Below, in pieces: positions 47,336-57,262 of a DNA stretch of 64,000 nt. Numbering within the stretch: the stretch's first letter is position 1; the number at the start of each line of letters is the position of its first letter. Under the pieces are notes generated by a model. It saw only the letters and a list, made by a program, of their open reading frames with translations. It searched no databases and had not been told where the DNA came from. This DNA comes from Rebecca billardiae RCC1528 (lineage: Eukaryota > Protista > Haptophyta): assembly GCA_965240325.2 (NCBI GenBank), contig OZ251239.1:62001-126000 (forward strand), given 5' to 3'. The translations under genes were made by a program, and so were the position numbers.

Positions 47336-49372
47336 CACAGTGAACAAAAACGGGATTCTCGTTACCGTAACCCGTCCGACACGAGCCGATTTTCGGGGAA
47401 TTTCTCGCGCGGGCCGCACGAGCGCACAGACGGCGCTACGGTGGTCGCGCAGGCGCCTGGCGAGTGCCCCGGGCATGGGACTGCAACATCCCACCCAGCC
47501 TCCCCATCCCTCCGCCCCTCTCTGCCTCGCCGGGTTGCACGCGGCTGGCCGGTCACGTAGCTCGTGGTGAGCCATTCGTGAGCGTGGAGCCCTGCTGCTC
47601 AGTGCGGCGATGCAGCGAGGCGAAGCGGCGCGTAAGATGGCGCATCTTACTCCGAATGCAGTCTGCTACCAGCACAGCCGCCCTCGCCGGAGTGCCTGGT
47701 CGTCACCTTCGTCGTGTGCACGTGTCGCGCGCTGCCCATCAACGAGCGATCGTAAGCCTTCTCCGGAGCCATTCAAACACGCTCGTCCTCGACGATGCGT
47801 GCGCGAGGCACCGCGCGAGCGCGGGAGCGGCCCTTCCTAGCGTAGACCTGCACGGCCATCCACCTCGCCACAGCCTGCCATGTCACACTCCTGGCCCCAC
47901 ACACACTGCTCGCGTGCCGCGTGCCGGCCGGTCGACTAGCCAGACAGAAGGGTGCACAGATATTTTCGACTGCGAGGAGACGGCGGCGAGCACAGGCGCG
48001 CAGCGCCGTCCCGCGCTTCATTGGGATGTTCTAGACCAGTCGCGCGCCCGCGGCACCGCACCCGCCCTCTCCGCGTCGCGTGCCACTCCACACCGCGCGC
48101 GTGGCTCTCGACGTGTACGTCGAGGCCATCTTGCGGCCGATTCGTACCCGCATGTATTCAACAAATACGACAAATCGCCGAGCTGAACGCACCTCGTCGC
48201 GCGATGGCATGGTCGCGCTGTTGGACGTCGCTCGCCGCAGGAAAATCGGTACGCGACGAGAGCACGGCGCACGCGCACGGCGCGGCGTGGGAGGCGGGGC
48301 GGTGGTGTCCTCGAGCCATCCCGCCCACGCCGCGGTGCGCCAGCCGCCACCTCGCCGCGCCGTGGCCCATGCCGCGCGGCAGGTGTCGACCAGACCGACC
48401 TTGCCGCCCAAAAGAGGGCCGCACCGGAAATTCTGTATTTGTTGAATACGGACTTACCCATGTGCCCGCGGTGCGGCGGCGCCCGCGGCGGCGGCATGGC
48501 GCGGCGGCGGCGGCGCGGGCAGCCTGACGGGCCAGATAAGGCGCGCCAGGTCGGGGCGATCGTGATGGGATGGTTCCATACGCATCAGTGCGTGCTCCTG
48601 TGCATCTCAAGAGCGCGCTGGGCGCCCTCTCTCGCGCCTATGCCCATCCCACGCGGTCTGAGAAGCCTCCCGGTTTGGCCATTGTCGTGCCGTGCTCGGT
48701 CGTGGCTGCCCGGCGGGTCGGAGAGGTCGAGGCGAGCCGGGTCGTTCGCGACGGACAATGCCTATGGGTCATGGCGAGTGCCAGCACGCAGCTCGGGCGC
48801 GCGCCCGGCGCCTCCTCGCCGCGCTACATCCACACCAAGATCTGGCCCAAAACCAGGCTTCAAGAGCGAAACTCAGTCTGGGAGCTCCTCAGGCCGCTGT
48901 GTGCGGTTTGAAGGCGCGCAAACTTGTGGAGCGGGTGCCCACATGGGTTGAGCACAATGCGACGTTGCGTTTTTCCGCGACACACCACTTCCTCGCCTCT
49001 CCGCGCGCGTGCCGTGCGGCTCCCGTGAACTCATCTTAACAGGTCACGTGTGGCCGCCCGTGGGGCGAGGGTGGGCGAGGAGGGGCGGGCGAGGGTGACG
49101 CCGCCCCGAGGAACCGCCTTGGCAAGCCGGCCGACGCCTCGCAGCCCCCCTCGCGGCAGTCATGCGCGCACGCCCGCCGCTCGGAGCGCGCCATCGATTC
49201 GAATGGGCGTGCGCACGACCGACCATGCTCAAACGGCTTCCGGCCCGATCTTTCTCCACTGTGCGCGGCGCGAAGTGCCGCGAACGGGGCATGAAAAAAA
49301 TTCCAGCGCATCCCCACTGGGCGGAAGTGCGGACGGGTTACGGTAACGCCGAAAATCGATTTCTTTACTGTG
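47336..49372. mobile_element. Non-autonomous CACTA/EnSpm (CMC)-like element
   Basis: Ends CACAGT(G/A)AA…CGTTACCGTAACCCGTCCG and its reverse complement (19-bp perfect inner block); TA on both flanks (47334-35, 49373-74). Confidence 0.8.
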
Positions 49373-49934
49373 TATCGGTTGTGCTGGCGCGGTCTTGCTG
49401 CGCTCTTCTTGCCATCAAGGCGGCGCATGCTGTGGAAGCCTGATGTGGATGTCAGGACGTGAGGCGCGTTCGCAGCCCGAGGGCGAGGGCCCCGCCCGCG
49501 AGGGCGATCCGTCTCGCGCGCGACAAGCCGGTCGCGTGCTGCCCGAATAATTATATATATATAGAGAGAGAGAGCGTATATAGTGTTTTATTAGTAGTAG
49601 TTTAATCACTGCTGAGCAGATGCTATTGGTATAATTTAAAATAATATTATAATGTAATTTGATCGCGCAGCCGCTGCTACTCATGCTGCTAGGTCTCTCT
49701 AATCTCTTCCGTCTTCGGAGTTCGGAGAGCGTGCGATGAAGGATGGCGCGGCAACCTGCCACCGTGAGCCTTACGCACGTTAAAACAAATAAACTGTAAT
49801 CTCGCCTGCCTGAGCTGTGTGCGTCTCCGTTATTCTTAGTATCAGTCAACTGTATTACTGTCACTTGTCAGACCGTCGGCTACCACTATCGATGCGCACC
49901 GCGGTGCGGCCAGCAGCGACGGCGGTGCGGACCC

Positions 49935-50693
49935 TCACAACTTCAGCCTCTCGACGACCATCGCGAAGAGCTCGTGGAACATCTCCTGCACGTTGTCCCC
50001 GTCCTTGGCCGTCGTCTCAAAGTAGGGCATGCCATGCTTCTTGGCGAATGCCCGGCCCTCCTCCTCCTTGACCACGCGATGGCCTGAGTCGGTCTTGTTG
50101 CCCACCACGACGTACGCGGTGTCCTTCGCGCCGTGCTCGGCCGCCTCTTTCAGCCAGTACTCCATGGCCTCGAAGGACTTGCGCGAATTGATGTCGTACA
50201 CGACAATGCCCTGCCGCCAGTGGGCGCGCAAGGCGGGGCGCAGCGCGGTTGGGAGTGCGGCGTTGTACCGGGCCGCGCGCGCACAGTCGCGCGCCAGCGC
50301 GCACCCCCTGCGCATCCTTGTAGAACTCGTTGCGGATCTCGGAGTACTCCTCGCCACCGGCCAGGTCCCAGAAGTTCACCTTCACCTCCTTGCCGCGCAC
50401 CTTGATCGGCTTGACGCCGTAGTCCACGCCGATCGTCGCCACGTACTTGGACACAAACTGCGCGCGCGCCGGGCGAGCGTGCGGCGATCGGGGGCGGTGA
50501 TGCGCGCGCGCGAGGCACGCGAGCCGCGTGCGACGATCGGCGCGAGACGGCGCACCCGCTGCTCGCAGTAACGCTTGATCAGGCAGCTCTTCCCCACTGC
50601 CGGATCTCCGAGCGAGATGATCTTGATGCGCGTGCTCGGGGCCAACGGCGGGATGGTCGTCCGGTTTGGCCGGTCCATCGCGCTCAGGCCCAT
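49935..50693 (-). CDS. RJL: RJL-family Ras-like GTPase (DNAJC27/Rbj-like, no J domain); exons 50693-50556, 50457-50305, 50210-49935
   Basis: RIKIISLGDPAVGKSCLIKRYCE, TIGVDYGV, NFWDLAGG (no catalytic Gln), IRNEFYKD, GNKTD; no prenylation motif; two GT-AG introns in frame. Confidence 0.92.
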
Positions 50694-50958
50694 GCAGGGC
50701 GCAGCGTCTGGTGCCGCTCCGCCTCGCGCGAGCGGGGCGCACGGCCCGGCTTCAGCCCCTCAGCGCTCGCCACACGCCCGTGCAGCACGGGCTGCCGTTA
50801 GCGAGCGTGAAGCGGCGGCCCTGCTTGCAGGTTGCTCCTCCGCCCGGGCCGGCCAGCTCCGGCCAGCTTGCCCGGTGAAAATGTTGCGAGCCAGCGAGGG
50901 AGAAATCTACAAATCCGAAACTCGCGAAAATGGCAGCAGCAGGCGCAGGCTTCAAGTA

Positions 50959-51752
50959 CAGTCCCCTCAACAATTGGTTACCCTTGTGTTTAGCTGTCTA
51001 TACCAGCTCAGTCACTGTTTGAGGCCCACTGCTGCATGCTATCTGTTACTGCACCTATAGCCCTCACAGACCAGGTGGGTATGAGCTGGGCGGGTGTGTG
51101 GGCTGAGTCAGTCAGATAAATTGAATGCAGGTGCACAACCGGCTGACGGGTGCTGCGCGGGGGTGCTGGACCACCACGAGGGCAGGCTGGGATGGAAATT
51201 CACCCCCTGAGCAGGCTATGGGCTGGCTGGCTGGGAGTGTAGCAGCTGTATAGTGGGCCCTGGCGCTGCAGCTGGATGGCCTTTGATACTGCCTAGCAGC
51301 CAGCCTAGCAGCACAGCCTGGCGTGAGCAGTGCGGTTTCAGTGCGCAGGCCACGTCTCTGCGGGTGGTGGTCGGGGAATGGCCACCACAGTGCACCAGAT
51401 GCACCTAGCCTGCCAGCGGCCCACCTGCTGATTGGGTATGCCCTGTAGCACAGCACACGAGGCTCCGCCGAAAATCAGCGGCGCGCTGTGCTACAGGCTG
51501 GGCTGAAAGGGGTGTGGGAGCCAGTCGAGAGCCTGTCGGCCACTGTCACGTCCGAGCTGGCCGGCTTCACGTGCTGCCCAGAGGAGTCCTCCAATTGTCA
51601 CTCACCCGGCTGAAGTCATGATGGGTGGGTGCAGCTCGACCGAATGGAGAGTGCTGGGGCCGCAGGTGCCCGTCATGCAAGCCTAGGCGGCCAGGAGAAG
51701 GTGTGATGTGCAGGTGTGCTCTCCATAGGGTAATTTATTGTTGAGAGGACTG
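50959..51752. mobile_element. 794-bp TIR unit, copy 1
   Basis: CAGTCCCCTCAACAAT … ATTGTTGAGAGGACTG (16-bp TIR, 1 mismatch); internal hairpin TGTAGCACAGC…GCTGTGCTACA at ~51444-51495. Confidence 0.9.
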
Positions 51753-52474
51753 TGCTGATTGCACGAGGAGGCGTCTCAGGGCAGCCGTGCTTTGCGGGCA
51801 GCTTGGCGATGTGTTGAACGTCTGGAATCACCGCCTGGAAGCCGGCCATCACGCGCCCCATTTTATAGAGGGCTGTTGGGGTGCCACGTGAGCATCCACA
51901 ATCGCATGCGCACGGGGGCGAGCGCACGAGCGGCGGAGTGTGGCGCACAGTCACTGCTCAGCCGGCGTGGGCTCTTTTGAGAGCCCGCTCGAGCGCGGCC
52001 TTGCCCGTGCCATGCACGCGCGCGTCACGCCGCGTCGCCTGGGGATAGGAACGCGCGCTGCTGCCACGTGCGTGACTCCTCGCCGCCAAGTCGCCATCAT
52101 GTTGTGCCCGCGCCGCGAGGCTCTTCAGCCAAGGATGAGCCTTTCAAAACCACGGATGACTGTTAAAGTACTGACCATGACTGTACGTATCGTACCATTT
52201 GTAAGACCCGCCGGCGCCGCCGGTCGGCGGGCGTCCACCCGCGGCCGGGCCCGGTCCAGACCGAACGGCCGGTCGGCTCATCAGAAGCTTCCGGGTAATG
52301 TAAAGAGAGCAATCAAGCCCGGCCGCCCTCGGCATCGGCACGATGGGTGAGGTTCCCGTTGGTGAAGGCGCTCGTGCCAAGGTTGGATGCAAGCACGGCA
52401 AAGTGCCCCGCCTTGAGAAGCACACGCACGTCGTGCTGACGTTCAACGGCGGCGTGGGCGAATTCACGGAAGAA

Positions 52475-53455
52475 GTCGATCAACATCGGCTGTGCCACTC
52501 ACGGCAGCTGGCGGCTGGCGGCTGGCGGCTGGCGGCTGGCGGCTGGCGGCTGACGACTGGCGACTGATCGGTCGGCTGATCGGCATGGGCGCCCCCCGTG
52601 CGGCCCAACGGCACGCTCTCGCGCGCGTCGGGCTCGGCGCAGCCTCCGCTCACGCTGAATCAACTGCTGGAGGCGCGACAGAGTCGATCAATATCGGTTG
52701 CCACTCACGACAGCTGGCTGCTGGCGGCTGGCGGCTGACGACTGGCGGCTGATCGGTCGGCTGATCGGTATGAGCGGCCCCCGTGCTGCCCAACGGCACG
52801 CTCACGCGCGCGTCGAGCTCGGCGCAGCCCCCGCTCACGCTGAATCAACTGCTGGAGGCGCGACAGAGTCGATCAATATCGGTTGCCACTCACGACAGCT
52901 GGCTGCTGGCGGCTGGCGGCTGACGACTGGCGGCTGATCGGTCGGCTGATCGGTATGAGCGGCCCCCGTGCTGCCCAACGGCACGCTCACGCGCGCGTCG
53001 AGCTCGGCGCAGCCCCCGCTCACGCTGAATCAACTGCTGGAGGCGCGACAGAGTCGATCAATATCGGCTGTGCCACTCACGACAGCTGGCTGCTGGCGGC
53101 TGGCGGCTGACGACTGGCGGCTGATCCGTCGGCTGATCGGTATGAGCGGCCTCCGTGCTGCCCAACGGCACGCTCACGCGCGCGTCGGGCTCGGCGCAGC
53201 CCCCGCTCACGCTGAATCAACTGCTGGAGGCGCGACAGAGTTGATCAATATCGGCTGTGCCACTCACGACAGCTGGCTGCTGGCGGCTGGCGGCTGACGA
53301 CTGGCGGCTGATCGGTCGGCTGATCGGTATGAGCGGCCTCCGTGCTGCCCAACGGCACGCTCACGCGCGCGTCGGGCTCGGCGCAGCCCCCGCTCACGCT
53401 GAATCAGCGGCTAGGGGCGCGCCAGAGTCGATCAACATCGGCTGTGCCACTCACT
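52475..53455. repeat. Tandem array, ~5 units of 185-187 bp, inside the composite element
   Basis: Recurrent gagtcgatcaa(t/c)atcgg…gccactcacgacagctggctgctggcggctgg…cgctgaatcaactgctggaggcgcgaca. Confidence 0.92.
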
Positions 53456-53674
53456 GACAGCTGACGGCTGGCTGCTGTGGGCTAGCGGCTGACTTATCTG
53501 GGCCCCTGCGCGGCCATCAGTGGCCTGGAGGCTGCATAGTGGCGCGTTGTGGAGCCGAACAGACTACTAGAAGACGCTATAGCTACATTAGGGCGTTTGG
53601 ATCGCCAGCTGCGCTCGACTTTGCAGCCCCTGCCTCGCAGCACTCAGCAGCCTCAGCAATGAGCTGTCGGCGAT

Positions 53675-54468
53675 CAGTCCCCTCAACAATTGGTTACCCT
53701 TGTGTTTAGCTGTCTATACCAGCTCAGTCACTGTTTGAGGCCCACTGCTGCATGCTATCTGTTACTGCACCTATAGCCCTCACAGACCAGGTGGGTATGA
53801 GCTGGGCGGGTGTGTGGGCTGAGTCAGTCAGATAAATTGAATGCAGGTGCACAACCGGCTGACGGGTGCTGCGCGGGGGTGCTGGACCACCACGAGGGCA
53901 GGCTGGGATGGAAATTCACCCCCTGAGCAGGCTATGGGCTGGCTGGCTGGGAGTGTAGCAGCTGTATAGTGGGCCCTGGCGCTGCAGCTGGATGGCCTTT
54001 GATACTGCCTAGCAGCCAGCCTAGCAGCACAGCCTGGCGTGAGCAGTGCGGTTTCAGTGCGCAGGCCACGTCTCTGCGGGTGGTGGTCGGGGAATGGCCA
54101 CCACAGTGCACCAGATGCACCTAGCCTGCCAGCGGCCCACCTGCTGATTGGGTATGCCCTGTAGCACAGCACACGAGGCTCCGCCGAAAATCAGCGGCGC
54201 GCTGTGCTACAGGCTGGGCTGAAAGGGGTGTGGGAGCCAGTCGAGAGCCTGTCGGCCACTGTCACGTCCGAGCTGGCCGGCTTCACGTGCTGCCCAGAGG
54301 AGTCCTCCAATTGTCACTCACCCGGCTGAAGTCATGATGGGTGGGTGCAGCTCGACCGAATGGAGAGTGCTGGGGCCGCAGGTGCCCGTCATGCAAGCCT
54401 AGGCGGCCAGGAGAAGGTGTGATGTGCAGGTGTGCTCTCCATAGGGTAATTTATTGTTGAGAGGACTG
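53675..54468. mobile_element. 794-bp TIR unit, copy 2
   Basis: Same termini, length and orientation as copy 1; identical predicted ORFs at offset 2716. Confidence 0.9.
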
Positions 54469-54720
54469 TAGTTCAACCGGTGCCTGGCGACGCGACGGTG
54501 GCGAGAGTGAATCAGAATCCTCTGTTGACTTGTAATACTATATAGCGCGCGGTAGACGCCCGAGGTGCATCGGGTGCTAATGGGTCAGACGGATGGACGA
54601 GCAGTGGACGACCACGGGCTGAAGCAGCAGTCCGCATCATGACAGTCATGTGCCAGCGCATGCGGCTGCGCGCGCGGCGCCGCGCGGCGCGCGCGGCCAT
54701 CAATCTGGTCGCTCGCGCTG

Positions 54721-55990
54721 CTACTTCCCGCCCTCAACGTCGCAGAAGCCGCTCGCCGAGACGCGCGCCTCGGCGTCGACGTCGGAGGGCCTGCACGACG
54801 ACTGGATCAGCTTGATGATCCGCTTGTCCGCCGCGCCCTTCTTCATGTACATGATCTCCTGCGTGCGGTGCGCGAGCACGTGGCCGAGCACCGGCCGGCG
54901 CGGGTCGGCGCCGGGGATGCCGCCGCCCTCCGGGTTGGCCATGACCTGGTTGGTGACGAGGCACGCGACGTTGAACTCGGTGACCGCCTTCTGCAGCAGC
55001 GTGAGCGTCCGCTGCAGCTCCTGCTGCCGCACCGAGAGCTCGCCGCGGCCGAGGAACTCGTTGCGGAAGGGCGCGGCGATCGAGTCGATCACGATCAGCG
55101 AGTGGATGCCGTCAGCGAGCAGCGCGGTCGCGTCGTTGATGATCATGTTGAGGTCCTCGTAGTTGTGCGAGCGCGCCATGTCGATGTTGTTGATCGCCGT
55201 CTCCTCGTCGAGCCCGTGCGCCCGCGCGATCGCGACCAGCTTGTGCGGGTCGAACGTGCCCTCGGTGTCGATGAAGAGCGCGCGGCCGTTGCCGCCTCCG
55301 CTCTCGGCCGGCTTCTGCGCCGTCACGCACAGCGTGTGCGCGAGCATGGACTTGCCCGAGCGGAACTCGCCGTACACCTGCGTCAGGTGGCCGCGGACGA
55401 TGCCGCCGCCGAGCATCGTGTCCAGCTCGCTCGCGCCCGTCGAGATGAACATCTGCGCCGCGGCACAACGCGCGCGCGCCGCGCGCGCTGAGCGCGCGCG
55501 CGCGCGCATGCATGCGCGCGCGCGGCCGCCCGCGCGCTGGCGCACCGGCGTCGTGTTGAGCTTAGTCAGGTGCTCCGCGGCGGTGACGATCTTCACGCCG
55601 CCGAGGAACTTGAACGCCTCCTCCTGCGCCTTCTTCGCCTTGTTCTCCGAGATGCCGCTGATCGCGACGAGGTTCTTGAGCGGCTCGCAGCGCAGCCGCT
55701 CGACCGTGTGGATGTGGTTGTCGGTGAACTTCTTGATCGTGGCCTTGTCCACGCCGCACTGCAGGAGCGTGTCGATGGCGTGGAACGACGTCGTGGGCTG
55801 GTCATCGTACTTGTCGCCGGCGGCAGGCGCGACCTCAGACGTCTTGCCCGCCGCGGTGGCCTCCCTGCAGACGGTTTGCGAGCGCGCGCGCGCAAGGCGT
55901 CGCGTCAGCGCGCACGCGCGAGCGCGTGCCGCGGCGCGGCGCGTGTGGGCGCGCGGCGACGCACTCGGGTCGCATGGCCGGGCGCGACAT
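54721..55990 (-). CDS. DMC1: Divergent DMC1-like (RAD51/DMC1 family) recombinase; exons 55990-55965, 55864-55546, 55452-54721
   Basis: N-terminal HhH domain (LVAISGISENKAKK), GEFRSGKS, HTLCVTAQ, FIDTEGTF, GRGELSVRQQ, VTNQV, GHVLAH. RQQ and GHxLAH favour DMC1 over RAD51 (RQM, GNIIAH). Confidence 0.8.
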
Positions 55991-56754
55991 GGCCAACAAA
56001 GTCGGCGAGCGGAGCTCGGCTTGCTGCTTGGTGGAGAAGCGCTCGCGTCGGCCGGCGCAGAGCGGTCGCTGATCAAGAGCCCAGGTGAGCACTTGGCGAG
56101 TTGGCGGCGGCCGCCGCTGCGTCGAAAGGTCCGGACTGGACGAGCACATCGTCCGGACTCATCGTCGTCGCCGTGGCCGTGGAGAGCCGGCGAGGACGGC
56201 GCGGGATGGTGCGTACGGCTCACGCGCGAGCGCGTGTTGGCTGCCCGCATGCTCTGCGCTGCCGCACAGCAGTACGTCCCGCAGCGCAGATGCGCGGCTC
56301 ATCGGCAGCCACGCGCCCGAGCGCACGGCTGGCGCCCCGCCGTACCAGTGGCGGCTTCACTCAGCCTGCGGAGGCGGTCAGAATAACGCCGGAGTCGGCG
56401 ACGAATCTCCGCCACTGGTCACCCAGCTGCAGCGCGTCACCATGGCGAGCACGCTTGCGCGTCGCACGTCGGCCACGCTGCCGGCCTGTCCATGCCGCGA
56501 GCGCCCAGGTTGAGGCCCGCGGGCGCGGGTGCGCCGGCAGGTTCCATGGCGAGTTCGGCGCAGCTCTCAAGTCCGGATCCCACCGCTGCAGACCCCCGGC
56601 CGGAATGGGGCGTCACGGTCGATCAAAAGGCCGGCTTGCTCGCTCGGCAGTCGGCGCTGCTCGGCTGCTTGGCGCGGGTCTGAGAGCTCGAGATCGACAG
56701 CCCCCCCGCCTCGGCGCCCTCGCCGGGGCTTTCGGGGCGCACGGGCAGGGCACC

Positions 56755-57229
56755 ATGGACGACTGGTCCCGCCGGAAGAAGCTGTCGCTCACGGCGATCG
56801 AGGCATGGCTCGAGGCCGGCGCCACCAAGACGCAGCCGCGCTCCACGTCCAACTCGACCGCGAGCTCGCCGCGCTCCAATCGGTCGCGCACGTCCGCGCA
56901 GTCGCTCACGACGCCGCTCGGCCGGCTGCTGGCGGCGGCGAGCCAGGGCGACATCGCGGGGATGCGCGCGGCGATCCAGGTCGGCGCCGACCTCTCCTCC
57001 TCCAACGAGGACGGCTGGTCCGCCATCCACCTCGTCGCCGAGCACGGGCACGACGCTGCGATCGACTGGCTGCTCACGCACGGCGCCAACCCGAACTGCC
57101 TGGGCAAGGACCGCTGGACGCCGCTCATGTGGTGCGCGCGCGCGCGCGCAGCCAGCGCAGCGCGCGCGTCGGCGCACGGCCGCGCTGCGCGCCCCGCTCG
57201 CCCGCCCGCCCGCGCGCTCACCCGGCGCG

Positions 57230-57262
<33 letters not shown>

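Larger units (their letters stand above)
50959..54468. mobile_element. Composite element: two direct 794-bp TIR units enclosing ~1.9 kb
   Basis: 50959-51752 and 53675-54468 appear identical; TA only at the outermost flanks (50957-58, 54469-70). Confidence 0.8.

Noticed and set aside
50959-54468. LTR retrotransposon/TRIM
   Set aside because: Repeats end CA…TG with 16-bp TIRs and a TA flank; no 4-6 bp TSD, PBS, PPT or gag/pol seen.
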